Shown one piece after another: positions 36,401 through 46,438 of a DNA stretch of 64,000 nt. The notes beneath the pieces are model-generated. The model searched no databases. It was not told the DNA's origin and worked only from the letters and a program-made list of their open reading frames with translations. Positions within the stretch are counted from its first letter, which is position 1; each line of letters starts with the position of its first letter. Source of the DNA: Verrucomicrobiota bacterium. GTDB taxonomy: Bacteria; Verrucomicrobiota; Verrucomicrobiia; Limisphaerales; UBA8199. The DNA lies in contig DAOPPX010000003.1 in the NCBI GenBank assembly GCA_035358715.1, forward strand, positions 14,300 through 78,299, read 5' to 3'. The translations under genes and the position numbers were made by a program.

Positions 36401-39400
36401 ACGGACTTCGCAACCCTCGATCACGGTTTGGCTGAAAGGATGCACTGTAACGTGTGGGCGACCATCGCTTGCCAGCGCCAGTGGGTGATATCCACCAGCG
36501 GCGGTTGCCGCCACATTGGTCAGTCCCGCCGGAAGATTGGTTTGAGCGTAGGTGTTGTCACCCCACCCGAGCATTGTCCCGTCCGATGTCAGCGCGAGGC
36601 TGTAATACCGCCCCGCAGCGATGGCGACCACATTGCTCAAATCGGCAGGCGGGTTGATCTGGCCGTAGGTGTTATCGCCCCAGCCAGCCACCGTTCCGTC
36701 GGCTCGGAGCGCCAGACTGTGGTTGCCGCCGGCGGCGAGCATGACCACATTGCTCAAACCGTTGGGGATGTTTGCCTGCCCGTATTGTGGGTTGACTCCG
36801 GCGTTGGTGAGGCCTGCCCCCCATCCCACCACTGTTCCATCGCACTTCAAAGCCAGGCTGTGATAACTCCCGGCCGCTATGGCCACCATGTTGCTCAACC
36901 CGCCCGGAACGCTCGCCTGCCCGTAATGCGGAGTCAGTCCGCTGTTGGTTGTGCCCGCGCCCCAGGCTGTCAGCGAACCGTCGCGCTTCAAAGCCAGGGT
37001 ATGAAATCCGCCGCCGGAGGTCATTGCCACGTCGCTCAAGCCGTCCGGCACCATCGCCTGCCCGAAGTGCGGGCTGATACCCGTGTTGGTTGTTCCTGCG
37101 CCCCAGGCTGCCAGGGTCCCGTTGGATTCAAGTGCCAGGCTGTGATAGGCCCCGGCTGCGAGGGCAACGACATTGCTCAAGCCATCCGGCACGATTGCCT
37201 GCCCTCGCTGCGGGTTGACGCCGGTGTTGGTCGTGCCCGCGCCCCAGGCTGCCACGGTCCCGTCGGCCCTCAATGCCAGACAGTGGTAAAGGCCGCCAGC
37301 TACCGCCAGCACGTTGCTCAAGCCTCCGGGAACATTGGCCGCGGCGTAGTCGTTGCGGCCCCACACGACCAGCGGCCAGAGCGTCAAGAGAGCATTCGAA
37401 CTGGTGACGCTGCCGTAAGCGTTGGTCACCACCAGCCGGTATTCTCCGATTTCAGAGGACTGCACATTTGACACGGTCAAACTGGCCGTGGCTGAGCCGC
37501 TGATTTTCCCCCCGTCCGCCAGGTTCGTCCCGGCCCGACGCCACTGAAAACCCATCGGGCCAGGGCCAACGACCGCCGTTGTGAACAAGACGGTCGCCCC
37601 GGCCAAGGCCGTCTGGCTGGCGGGCTGAGTCAAGATCACGGGCGGAAGATTCGCAACCAGCGTGGCATTCGAGCTGATTACCTGGCCATAGAGATTGCTT
37701 ACGGCTAGGGAATAGTAGCCCATATCTCCGGCTGCCACCTGCGCCACGGTCAAAGCGGGCGTGAGCGCGCCGCTGATGTTAGCGCCGTCCACCAAGGGAA
37801 TGCCCCCTTTAAGCCACTGGTAATGCATGGGCGGAGTGCCAGCCTCGCTGACTGTAAACGTGGCTGGCGCCCCAACACTCACGGTCTGGTTCGTCGGCTG
37901 GCCGACGATCCACGGGTCCCGCACCGTCAGCACGGCGTTGGAGCTGAGTGCGGAGCCAAACTCATTGGTAACAATTACGGTGTAGGTGCCGGCCTGGGCC
38001 GCGCCTACATTGGTTAGCGTCACCACGCAATCAACTGCCCCAGCGAGGTTAGTGCCGTTGTGAAACCACTCGTAAGCCAGTGGTTCCGTGCCAAGCGCGA
38101 TGACCTGGAGGATTACATTCGTCCCGGCGATCACCGTTTGGTCGCTGGGCTGACCGGTGACAACAGGCGGCGCGTTGACGGTGATAACATTGGTCGTGGA
38201 GTTGTTGCTGGGATTGGGGTCGAAAGTCAGACTGGCGGCCGCAAGAGTATTGGTGTTGGGCCCCCCAACGCTGGGGGTTACCACCAGGGTGAAGTTGGTA
38301 GCGCTGCCGCCCGGCATGGGACCGACGCTGGCGATAACCGTCTCGCCGAGGCTGACGCAGCCCGGGGACGCCGAGACGAAGGTGACACCGGCCGGCAAGG
38401 TATTGGTCAGCGTCACATTGACAGCGGGGGCCGGCCCGAGGTTGGTGACCGTGAGGGTGTAAGTGAGGGGTTGGCCGCGAACCACGGGGTTGGGCGAAGC
38501 CGTTAGAGCGGCCTCAAGGTCGGCACTCGCGGTGCAGCAGGCATAGCTCAGAATGGTGACCGACAGAGTGTCAACGTGCCAGCCTGCGCCGCTGACGCCG
38601 CTATCCGAGCCGCAGCGCCAGCGCAACTGGATGCTCTGACCGGCAGCCGCCGGGGGCAGATTGATCAGGGTGGCGATGAAGCCGCCGGAGTTGCCCGTCC
38701 AGGCGGACCGGCCCGACAAGGGGTTGTTATAGGAACTGCTGAGTGTGCGGGTGTAGCCGCCGCTGACGAAGTTGCCGCCCGCCGTTAGGATGTCGGCCCA
38801 CGACTCGGTGCCGATCTTGATTTCCAGCACACCGCCATCGTAGCCGGACTCAAGTTGGTAGCTGTGTTGGAAACTCACCTGGGCCGGGCTGACTGGCAGC
38901 GTGATGGTCGGAGAGTTTAGCTCGTTTACGCCAACGTCGTCCGGGTCGGGAGAGAAGACGGAATTGGGGGCGGTGTCGCTCGCGGCTGTGGTGGTGACCC
39001 ACCCCGACTGAGCGTTGCTGGCTGAGGTGGTCCAATTTGCCGGCAAGGCCGGGGGAGTGACAGCGTCGAAGTCCTGATGGAGATTAGTGGAGATGCTGGA
39101 CTGGCCCAGCGGAAACGAGAAGGTCACTGTCCCCAAATTTGTGCCGCTGTCTTCCAAGTGGAGGGTGGCGGTGTTGTTGCCCCCGCAGGCGCCCGTGGCC
39201 GTAAAAGTGAAGGGGCGGGCGACCGCCGCGGCATTGGTGACCAGCACGCCGTAGGCCTGCGGACCGCTTGGCGAGGTTACGCCGTTGGTGGCCAGCAGCG
39301 TCGCGACGAGGTTGGTGGTGTTGCGCCCGCCGCTGTTCTTCAGGGCAAAATCAACGCTGACCGTTTCATTGGGATCAGCCACCCCGTTGGCAGGGGTGCA

Positions 39401-41089
39401 TCCTTCGAGCTTGACCAGGGCGTTGTCCGCGGCGATGACCGGTCCTTCCGGACCAACCCCAAAAGTCATCGTCGTTCCACTGGCGCTGAAATGGTGGAAG
39501 TTGATGCCGGACGGCGACCCATCCCACCAGCGGGCACTGGGGCTGGTTGAGTCGCTGAACCAGTTGCTGTAGCCGCCCGCCGTGTTGCCGAGGTAGTAAA
39601 GATCTCTGGAGTCGCCGCTGTTGACGTTGTTTTGAAAGTGCCACAGGTTGTCGGCCTGCATGAGGGACGCTTCGTAGTTCAGGTGGGAGGTGTTGAGGTT
39701 GGTGCTTTGGTTGTCCCGGTCGCCCAATTCGTCAATGTGCCAGATCGCGATCCCGGAAGCGGGGAGGTTCGCGTCCCGGCCGCTCTTCTGGCGGTTTTCC
39801 ACCAGGAAGTACTCCGTGGACACTCCTGGTTTGGCGTAGCGGTAGAAGTTGTTGAAGTTCGTGCCCGAGGAACTGACGGATGCCGTGAGAACAGAACTGC
39901 TGGTCAGGGGAATGGTCGTCGCCCATCCGGCAGCACGTTTCAGATAAGCGCAGACTTGCGCAGGGTTGTAATTGAAGCTGCCACTACTCATCAGGCAGAA
40001 GTTCCCGGCCCCGCCGGTCGAGTCATAATCGTAGTCGTAGAGGTCCGGGAATCCGCACAGCATGTGGCCGTTCTCGTGGCAGAAGGTCCCCAGCGTAAGG
40101 CCGGTCCCAAGGTTGGTGATTTGGTATCTATAGACCCTTTTGCCGTTGCCCAGGTCAATTGAGCTGGCCAGCACCCATGAATGGGGCCACAGCCCATAAG
40201 ACCAAACCCCGCTATTGGCTCCCGCGAAGAAGACATTGCAGGCGGCTACGCGGCTGCTCCCATCCACCGTCAGGTTGCTGAACGTCGGCAGGATGTCTGT
40301 TGTGTAATTCGCCAGCGCTTTCATGGCAGCGATGGCATCCGTGATGAGCAGGCGCCCCTGTATCCCGCAATCGTTGGCGGTGTTGTTGTAATAGGTCTTG
40401 GGTTGGGGCGCCCGGATGTAGATTGTCACCACGTTGCTGTAGGTGAGCAGGTTTGCGGAGTTGTCGAGGTAGTATTGTTTTACCGAGCCATTGTTGCCGT
40501 AGCCGGTGTAGCTGTCGCCGTTACAGTAGTTGATGACTTCCGCCTGCGGGATGGTTCCGACTGCATCACTGAAATCAATCAGCAGGGTCAGCCCCAGCTT
40601 CTGTCCTGTCGTGGTCCAGGACGGTGGCGACTTCGCGTCGCCGTCCTTCGCGGCAGCGAGTTCGGCGAGCCGTTGTCGGCTCTTCAAATCGCTCCAACGC
40701 CGTGTAATTTCCATACCTTGATCCCAACGCGCGAAGCGGGCTGCTGCTTGCTTGCGCACTGCCTTGGAATTGATTCGCAGGTGCGGTTTGAGGCCCAGCG
40801 CCGCAGGATCGCCCCGGCCAACGGCAACGCCGATGCCAACGAGTTGCTCCCCGTCGGCGGACAACTGCGCGTACTCGTAGCCTCGGGTCTGCTGGTTGAA
40901 GACGACCGTGTATCCATCCAGGGTTTCGAACACAGCGTAGAATTCGTCGCCCTGCCCCCAGAGCACAATCTGTGTCCCGTCAGGTTGCGTGAACGGCACC
41001 TTCTCTGCGAAGGGCGCGCCCGGCGCGGCGATTCGGCAGAGAAACAGCAGGCTGGCAAGTCCGACCAGTCTGGGGATCGTAGGTTTCAT
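33467..41089 (-). CDS. Giant secreted M6 (immune inhibitor A-like) metalloprotease with DUF11, Ig, RCC1-like and HYR-like repeats
   Basis: Signal peptide; LIDFSD, HENGHMLCGFPDLYD, EYFLVENRQ; ADL...YTLTVTNLGP (DUF11); Ig 'YQWxFNG'; 'AAGxYHSLAL..DGT..WG' repeats; 'PxISCP..FPxGxT' repeats; terminal RFYR. Confidence 0.9.
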   Translation of the reverse strand: MKPTIPRLVGLASLLFLCRIAAPGAPFAEKVPFTQPDGTQIVLWGQGDEFYAVFETLDGYTVVFNQQTRGYEYAQLSADGEQLVGIGVAVGRGDPAALGLKPHLRINSKAVRKQAAARFARWDQGMEITRRWSDLKSRQRLAELAAAKDGDAKSPPSWTTTGQKLGLTLLIDFSDAVGTIPQAEVINYCNGDSYTGYGNNGSVKQYYLDNSANLLTYSNVVTIYIRAPQPKTYYNNTANDCGIQGRLLITDAIAAMKALANYTTDILPTFSNLTVDGSSRVAACNVFFAGANSGVWSYGLWPHSWVLASSIDLGNGKRVYRYQITNLGTGLTLGTFCHENGHMLCGFPDLYDYDYDSTGGAGNFCLMSSGSFNYNPAQVCAYLKRAAGWATTIPLTSSSVLTASVSSSGTNFNNFYRYAKPGVSTEYFLVENRQKSGRDANLPASGIAIWHIDELGDRDNQSTNLNTSHLNYEASLMQADNLWHFQNNVNSGDSRDLYYLGNTAGGYSNWFSDSTSPSARWWDGSPSGINFHHFSASGTTMTFGVGPEGPVIAADNALVKLEGCTPANGVADPNETVSVDFALKNSGGRNTTNLVATLLATNGVTSPSGPQAYGVLVTNAAAVARPFTFTATGACGGNNTATLHLEDSGTNLGTVTFSFPLGQSSISTNLHQDFDAVTPPALPANWTTSASNAQSGWVTTTAASDTAPNSVFSPDPDDVGVNELNSPTITLPVSPAQVSFQHSYQLESGYDGGVLEIKIGTESWADILTAGGNFVSGGYTRTLSSSYNNPLSGRSAWTGNSGGFIATLINLPPAAAGQSIQLRWRCGSDSGVSGAGWHVDTLSVTILSYACCTASADLEAALTASPNPVVRGQPLTYTLTVTNLGPAPAVNVTLTNTLPAGVTFVSASPGCVSLGETVIASVGPMPGGSATNFTLVVTPSVGGPNTNTLAAASLTFDPNPSNNSTTNVITVNAPPVVTGQPSDQTVIAGTNVILQVIALGTEPLAYEWFHNGTNLAGAVDCVVTLTNVGAAQAGTYTVIVTNEFGSALSSNAVLTVRDPWIVGQPTNQTVSVGAPATFTVSEAGTPPMHYQWLKGGIPLVDGANISGALTPALTVAQVAAGDMGYYSLAVSNLYGQVISSNATLVANLPPVILTQPASQTALAGATVLFTTAVVGPGPMGFQWRRAGTNLADGGKISGSATASLTVSNVQSSEIGEYRLVVTNAYGSVTSSNALLTLWPLVVWGRNDYAAANVPGGLSNVLAVAGGLYHCLALRADGTVAAWGAGTTNTGVNPQRGQAIVPDGLSNVVALAAGAYHSLALESNGTLAAWGAGTTNTGISPHFGQAMVPDGLSDVAMTSGGGFHTLALKRDGSLTAWGAGTTNSGLTPHYGQASVPGGLSNMVAIAAGSYHSLALKCDGTVVGWGAGLTNAGVNPQYGQANIPNGLSNVVMLAAGGNHSLALRADGTVAGWGDNTYGQINPPADLSNVVAIAAGRYYSLALTSDGTMLGWGDNTYAQTNLPAGLTNVAATAAGGYHPLALASDGRPHVTVHPFSQTVIEGCEVRLVGLAVGLPPLSYQWQFNGTNLAEATSTTLTLSDFQCPDAGSYTMIVSNLLGSAASLAAVLTTGETSPPTISCPADVAVNADAGTCAATNVALGSPVTGDNCGIAGVTNDQQSSYPLGTNLVTWTVTDTSGNTNSCQQRVVVLDAEAPTISWHVTNVIVAADTNCQALMPDITGTNYILTTDNCGSVTVTQSVATDTVLGLGTNQVVLGAFDPAGNAAYCTSFVLVLDQAPPSIECPADLGTTNQPSQCGAVVHYTAPASRDDCSEVMITQLAGLPSGSLFPAGKTTNTFQATDATGNSAADSFVVTVDDAEPPVISWCLTNVALTAGTNCQALMPDITGTNYILTTDNCGSVTVTQSVATDTVLGLGTNEVVLGAFDPAGNTAYCTNYVLVADDTPPAITWHLTNVIVAAGTNCQALMPDITGTNYILTTDNCGSVTVTQSVATDTVLGLGTNQVVLGAFDPAGNAAYCTSFVLVLDQAPPSIECPADLGTTNQPSQCGAVVHYTAPASRDDCSEVMITQLAGLPSGSLFPAGKTTNTFQATDATGNSAADSFVVTVDDAEPPVISWCLTNVALTAGTNCQALMPDITGTNYILTTDNCGSVTVTQSVATDAVLSLGTNEVVLGAFDPAGNTAYCTNYVLVADDTPPTVICPASITVGADAGQCSRSNVTWEVAASDNCAVTNLVSEPPSGATFPVGVTPVRCTATDASGNTNSCSFTVTVIVPTVILAPPSSLTVVRGEDAFFGVTATNDCASPLTYQWRFNGGQLAGATDSTYMCTNTQCADAGSFDVVVASLDGSQTSSIANLTVVAPPVILEGPVSEAVPLGQSAILCISATNNCGGQLAYQWRFQGVNIPGATTDCYTLATVRPANVGNYDLVVTNLAAAVTSPVAVLTVVGPRLTVSRGEPSQPGGAITNFLLVFPSVTGIDYVVQYVDTLTNTNNWLSLVTNPGTGGLVTNDFPITAIPPSRFYRILIP
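34457..35956. repeat. 750-bp intragenic tandem duplication
   Basis: 34457-35206 and 35207-35956; the ~550-bp core (about 34567-35113 vs 35317-35863) reads identical by eye; shadow ORFs recur with exact 750-bp offset. Confidence 0.92.
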
Positions 41090-41262
41090 AGTGACCCTCT
41101 CTGGCTGCTGGGGAATGGCTATTTCATTACAAGCAACTTCTCACAGGTGCGAGCCTGGCGCAAACTGCAGGAAAGGTCGAACTAATTGCGCAAGCGGAGC
41201 GCAGCAGTTCGTGCCTGCCCAAACGGCTTGAAAACCCGGTCTGCTGTGCCAACATCCCGGGC

Positions 41263-42018
41263 ATGAAGTCTTTGATGACCGTTCACGCGCTGCTGACCGC
41301 TGCTTTCGTTTTGAACCCTGGCGCCATGCCTGGCCAGACCGGGCCAGCCTCCGAGCTTAATCAGTGCGTGAAGCCTGTCCCACGCGACGGACAAGGCTAT
41401 CAGCGGCATCTGGAGCTGAGCAAGCGTGTCAAGGACAGTCAGGGGCTGGCCAAAGTCATCTTCGTCGGCGACTCCATCACTCAGGGTTGGGAGGGCAACG
41501 GCAAAGAGGTCTGGGCCAAGTATTACGCACCCCGGCAGGCTCTGAACCTGGGTATTGGCAGCGATCATACCCAGCACGTTCTCTGGCGCCTCGACCACGG
41601 CAATCTCGACGCCCTGCGCCCCAAGGTCGCCGTCGTCCTCATCGGCGTGAACAACATCCCCGACACCAACAATACTCCCCGGCAGGTTCTCGAAGGGGTG
41701 ACCGCGGTCGTCAGGAAGCTCCGGGAGAAGCTCCCCGAGACCAAGGTTCTGCTCCTGGGCATTTTCCCATTCCGGGAGGACTTCTGCGACCAGCGCGCCA
41801 AGGCGCTCCAGGTTAATCAGGCTCTGCACAAGCTGGATGATGGCCAATGGATTCGGTTCCTGGACATCGGCCACCGGTTTATCCAGCCCGATGGCAGAAT
41901 CTCCCGGAGCATGATGCGCGACTTCTTGCACCTCTCGCCCGCCGGCTATCGTCTGTGGGCCGAGGCCATCGAGCCCGAGCTGGCGTCCATGCTTGGTGAG
42001 AAACCTATAGCGCCGTGA
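41263..42018 (+). CDS. SGNH/GDSL hydrolase (PAF-acetylhydrolase Ib-like)
   Basis: FVGDSIT, NLGIGSD, LIGVNN, DFLHLSPAGY. Confidence 0.92.
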   Translation: MKSLMTVHALLTAAFVLNPGAMPGQTGPASELNQCVKPVPRDGQGYQRHLELSKRVKDSQGLAKVIFVGDSITQGWEGNGKEVWAKYYAPRQALNLGIGSDHTQHVLWRLDHGNLDALRPKVAVVLIGVNNIPDTNNTPRQVLEGVTAVVRKLREKLPETKVLLLGIFPFREDFCDQRAKALQVNQALHKLDDGQWIRFLDIGHRFIQPDGRISRSMMRDFLHLSPAGYRLWAEAIEPELASMLGEKPIAP

Positions 42019-42154
42019 ATCGGGCGCGCTCTGGCGAAATCTCCTTCGCACGATCCATTCCGGGGCGTGTGTCTGGGGGGGCGGATTTGCTGTTTCCGAA
42101 AGGGCCAGACTTCTCTAAGCTTCGCCCCCGCATGATGGCTGTTAAATTGTCCTT

Positions 42155-42856
42155 ATGAAGATTGCGTTGTTTGGCATTGCCGAGATCAAAGCCGGCAAGC
42201 ATAACCTCAAGGATCCGCGGCTGGACCAGGCCGACAAGTTGGTCGAGGCTGACAAGAAGACCCACGCACAAGCCGATGTGATCGGCGAGGACCTGATGCT
42301 TGAAGCCGATGGCATCCTTGCCACCCAGGAAACGAAGGCGGATTTGATCCTCAAAGACCTCGAGTTCGTGGAAACGCGCCTGGGTCGCGATCCGCAGCCC
42401 GGGGAGCGCGCGGCGCTGGAGAAGATCAAAGCGCTGCTGGAAAGCGAACGGTTTGTATTCAACTCAGGCCTGAGCGCCGAAGACTTGCAGGCGGTCGCGG
42501 CGCACAGCTTTTACACGAACAAGCCGGTCACGGTCGCGGCGTACGAAGACCTGCAGGATCCGGAGGCCCTGTTGCTGCGAGCCTTTACGGACGCAGGCTA
42601 CATCTGTTTTCTGACGGTCGGCGGCAAGGAGAACCGCGCCTGGCCCATTCGCAAAGGCAGCACAGCCTGGGAAGCGGCCGGCACGATTCACTCGGATATC
42701 CAGAAGGGCTTCATCCGCGCGGAAGTGATCAGCTTTGCTGACTTCATCGCAGCCGGCGGCGAGACCCAGGCGAAGCGGGCGGGCAAGCAGCGCCTGGAAC
42801 TCAAGCAGTATGTCGTGCAGGATTATGACCTGGTGAACTTCCGCTTCAATAAGTGA
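42155..42856 (+). CDS. Short YchF-like protein (DUF933/TGS C-terminus, degenerate G-domain)
   Basis: DPRLD, LILKDLEFVETRL, NKPV, FLTVGGKENRAW, AAGTIHSDIQKGFIRAEV, YVVQDYD..FRFN; no GxxxxGKS/T. Confidence 0.8.
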   Translation: MKIALFGIAEIKAGKHNLKDPRLDQADKLVEADKKTHAQADVIGEDLMLEADGILATQETKADLILKDLEFVETRLGRDPQPGERAALEKIKALLESERFVFNSGLSAEDLQAVAAHSFYTNKPVTVAAYEDLQDPEALLLRAFTDAGYICFLTVGGKENRAWPIRKGSTAWEAAGTIHSDIQKGFIRAEVISFADFIAAGGETQAKRAGKQRLELKQYVVQDYDLVNFRFNK

Positions 42857-42956
42857 GCTGGCTGGATTGAGCGTCACGCAACACGCAATGTGTGACACAG
42901 AGATGCCGATTTACCCCTTTCCGCTGCCGCGCTGTCTGGTTTAGAGTCTGGGCGTT

Positions 42957-45659
42957 ATGGCCTTCCTGTGCCGCTGCATTGTGGTTTTGACCTTGCTGCT
43001 CGCCGCTGGGGCGCGGCTTTCGGCGGCGAGCGCGGCGGACCGCGCCTTCGACGCGGCCATAAAGGCTTTCCGTGACACCTTCTATGACCGGGCGGAAGCG
43101 CAGTTGGCCGAGTTTCGTCAGAAGTATCCAACTTCGCCGCGCCTGGCGGAAGCGATCCTGCTGCAGGCACAGGCGCGGCTGGAACTGGCGAATTACACTG
43201 GCGCGATTGATCTGTTATCCGCCCACCAGACCAGCGCGGGCGCCAACGCCGACCAATACCTATTCTGGCTGGCAGAAGCTTATGCGCGCAAAGGGGATTG
43301 GCGCGCGGCCAGCGAGGCCTTTGCGCGGCTGGTCAAAGAGTTCCCGGCCTCCTCGCGGCGCCTGGAGGCCGTGATTGGCGAAGCATCGGCGCGGGCGGCT
43401 TTGGCGCGAACAGACCCCGCGGAATGGCCGCGCCTGATCGCTTTGCTCCAGGAAACAAACGGGGTCTTCCAGTCCGCAGTGCGCGCCCAGGCCGATTCCG
43501 AACTGTTGGCACATGGCTGGTTGTGGCTGGGCGAAGCGCAGTTTGCGACCAGGGATTATCGCGCCGCCGAGGAGACCATCCAGCCGCTGGCCAAGCGCCT
43601 CTTGAAACCGAAGCTGGCCTGGCAGTGGCAGTATCTGCTATGCCGCATCCAGGTTGCCGACGGGCGGCCGGAAGCGGCGCTGCAGGGCACAACCAACCTC
43701 CTGGCGATGGCGGCCAGTGCCGCGCAAGGCAACCTGCGAGCCGAGAGCGCCGCGTTCCAGGCCGCCTTGTTCGAGCGGTTGGGCCGCATCGAAGACGCCG
43801 CCGCGGCTTACCAGCAGAACCTTGCCGACGGCGCCCCGCCCGAGCGCCAGTGCCAGGCGCTGCTGAGGATCAGCGAATTGTATCTGGCCCACAACAAGAT
43901 CCCGGAGGCCACACAAATCCTGGAGAGGTTTCTGGCGCAGCATCCTGAAGCGGCTTCGGCGGACCTGGCGCTGCTTACGCTGGGGGAGTTGCGGCTCCGT
44001 CAATACGAAGCCGCCCCTGGCACCAACCAGGTGCTCGTTGCCGCGATCAATGCGCCGGACGTGACCAACAACCTCCGGCTGGCGCGGGAGTCCCTTGAGG
44101 CGCTGACGAAGAAGTTTCCACAAAGCCCGCTCCTCGGGAAGGCGCACCTCGACCTGGGGGGATGTTATTGGTGGGAAGGCCGAATGCCGGAAGCTGAGGC
44201 CGCCTTCCAGACTGCGGTGGAACGTCTGCCTGCATCGCCGGACCAGGCAATGGCTTACTCCAGGCTGGCGGACGCCCGGTTTCACCAGACGAACTACGCG
44301 GGCGCGGTCAAAACCTATCAGGCGATCATCGAGAAGTTCGCCGAGGTGCCGGAGGTAAGGACGAATCTGTTCGAGCGCGTTCTGGATCAGACCGTGCGGG
44401 CGGGATTGGCGGCAGGGGACCTGGCGGCTGCCACCAACGCGCTCCACAAGGTGCTGGCCTGGTATCCCGACCGCCCGGATACCGTCCGGGCGGTGCTGTT
44501 GACCGGCCAGGAAATCAGTCGCCGAGGCGATGCGGCGGCGGCGCGGCGGATATTCCTGGAGTTTACCAATAGCGTTCCCCACACCCCCCTGCTGGCAGAC
44601 CTGCAACTGGCCGTGGCTGGCACCTACGAGCAGGAGAGCAGGTGGCAGGAGGCGATTGCGCAATATGACATCTGGCTGGCCACTTTCACGAACAATCCGG
44701 CCCGGCCGCGCGCCGAGTATGCTCGCGCCTGGAACATCTTCCAGGCCGGCCGCGAGACAAATGCGCTGACGAGCTTCACCAACCTCGTGGCCCGGTTTCC
44801 AACCAACGAATTCGCTCCTCTGGCCCAATGGTGGGTTGCTGACTATTATTACCGCACGGGCAACCCTGTGGAAGCGGAGCGGAATTACAAGCTGCTGTTC
44901 CTGAACACGAACTGGCCCCCCTCCGAGCTGACCTACGAGGCACAATTGATGACCGGGCGCGCTGCCGTAGCCCGCCAGGGCTGGGGCGAGGCCAGGACCT
45001 ACTTCAGCAGCCTGTACAACAACACCAACGGCCCGAGCCTTGACTTGCGTCTCCAGGCCTTGTTCGAACTCGGCCTGGCATTGATGCGAACCGTGGCCCC
45101 GTCGGAAACGAATCGGCTGGCCAATTGCGAGGAAGCCACGCGAGCCTTTGGCCGGATTTGCGACGAATATCCGACCAACCGGCTGGCGGTCCGGGCGTGG
45201 ATTGAGCGGGCCAACTGTTACCTGCAGTGGGCGCTGGCCCGGCAGCAATACGACTCCCTGACCAATGCGCTGAACGCCTACCAGCGGGTCATTGATTCAC
45301 AGCAAGCCGACGTGCGAGCCCGCAGCCAGGCCAAAGTCGGCCAGGCCATTGTGCTTGGCAAATGGGCCGAACAAAAAGACGGCGAGGAGCGGACCGCCCT
45401 GCTCAAGCCGGCGCTCAGTAACTGTCTGGACGTGGTTTACGAAACCATCCTACGAGAAGACGAACAACGCGATCCGTTCTGGACCAAGGAAGCTGGCATC
45501 GAGGCCTTCAACCTCGCCGAGGCCATGCAGGCGTGGTCCCAGGTGGCCAGTGTGTACCAGCGACTGACGAATTCGGTCTGGCCCCGGTTGCCCGCCTCGC
45601 TGGAGAAGCGCGCTTTGAGGGCCCTGGAGAACCTGGAGCAGGGAAAGGCAGGCCGCTGA
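42957..45659 (+). CDS. Exported tetratricopeptide repeat protein
   Basis: Signal peptide and many TPR-like helices (F...YP.SP). Confidence 0.85.
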   Translation: MAFLCRCIVVLTLLLAAGARLSAASAADRAFDAAIKAFRDTFYDRAEAQLAEFRQKYPTSPRLAEAILLQAQARLELANYTGAIDLLSAHQTSAGANADQYLFWLAEAYARKGDWRAASEAFARLVKEFPASSRRLEAVIGEASARAALARTDPAEWPRLIALLQETNGVFQSAVRAQADSELLAHGWLWLGEAQFATRDYRAAEETIQPLAKRLLKPKLAWQWQYLLCRIQVADGRPEAALQGTTNLLAMAASAAQGNLRAESAAFQAALFERLGRIEDAAAAYQQNLADGAPPERQCQALLRISELYLAHNKIPEATQILERFLAQHPEAASADLALLTLGELRLRQYEAAPGTNQVLVAAINAPDVTNNLRLARESLEALTKKFPQSPLLGKAHLDLGGCYWWEGRMPEAEAAFQTAVERLPASPDQAMAYSRLADARFHQTNYAGAVKTYQAIIEKFAEVPEVRTNLFERVLDQTVRAGLAAGDLAAATNALHKVLAWYPDRPDTVRAVLLTGQEISRRGDAAAARRIFLEFTNSVPHTPLLADLQLAVAGTYEQESRWQEAIAQYDIWLATFTNNPARPRAEYARAWNIFQAGRETNALTSFTNLVARFPTNEFAPLAQWWVADYYYRTGNPVEAERNYKLLFLNTNWPPSELTYEAQLMTGRAAVARQGWGEARTYFSSLYNNTNGPSLDLRLQALFELGLALMRTVAPSETNRLANCEEATRAFGRICDEYPTNRLAVRAWIERANCYLQWALARQQYDSLTNALNAYQRVIDSQQADVRARSQAKVGQAIVLGKWAEQKDGEERTALLKPALSNCLDVVYETILREDEQRDPFWTKEAGIEAFNLAEAMQAWSQVASVYQRLTNSVWPRLPASLEKRALRALENLEQGKAGR

Positions 45660-45737
45660 CTTGCGTGCCCGGCCAGGCAACGCCAGAACCGACCGCCCAA
45701 CTTCCGCTCCGGGCACAAGCGGCGGCACGCGGGCACT

Positions 45738-46376
45738 ATGAAGCACCTTCCGGCCCAGGAAGCGCTGGCCCTCGGAGTCGTTATTCTGGCCGCTGGGCGC
45801 TCCGCGCGCATGGGCAAGCCCAAACTGCTCCTGCCGTGGGGCGAAACGTCTGTGCTGGGTCATTTGATCTGCCAATGGCAAGCCCTCGGGGCCACACAGA
45901 TTTCCGTTGTTTGTGCCGCAGGTGATCTAGCCCTTGAGGCGGAACTGGACAGGCAAGGCTTCCCGGCCGAAGACCGAATCCACAACCCGGCGCCTGAGCG
46001 CGGCATGTTCAGCTCGATTCAAAGCGCGGCGCAATGGCCGGGATGGCGGGCGGCTCTCACCCATTGGGCGATCGTGCTCGGCGATCAGCCGCAGGTGCGG
46101 CCCCAGACGCTGCGCCAACTGTTGGATTTCAGCGCCGCGCACCCCGCCAGCGTCTGCCAGCCCGCGCGGCGCGGCCACGGACGTCATCCTGTCCTGCTGC
46201 CCAAAGCTGCCTTCCGGCAGGTGGTGGGCACAACAGCGGCGACGCTGAAGGACTTCCTTGCCGCCGGGTCCCAACACATCGCCTGCTGCGAACTCGATGA
46301 TCCCGGCCTGGACCTGGACATTGACCGTCCGGAGGATTACGAGCAAGCCCTCAGGGTGAGCGGGCTGTCTTCTTAA
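45738..46376 (+). CDS. Nucleotidyltransferase, MocA/MobA family
   Basis: VILAAGRSARMGKPKLLLPWG, GMFSSIQ, LGDQP, DIDRPEDY. Confidence 0.88.
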   Translation: MKHLPAQEALALGVVILAAGRSARMGKPKLLLPWGETSVLGHLICQWQALGATQISVVCAAGDLALEAELDRQGFPAEDRIHNPAPERGMFSSIQSAAQWPGWRAALTHWAIVLGDQPQVRPQTLRQLLDFSAAHPASVCQPARRGHGRHPVLLPKAAFRQVVGTTAATLKDFLAAGSQHIACCELDDPGLDLDIDRPEDYEQALRVSGLSS

Positions 46377-46438
46377 GTGCGCGCCGCTCGGGAGGCGCGG
46401 CTTCAAGCCAGCGGAGAACCAGAGTCTTGCGTTGGTGG

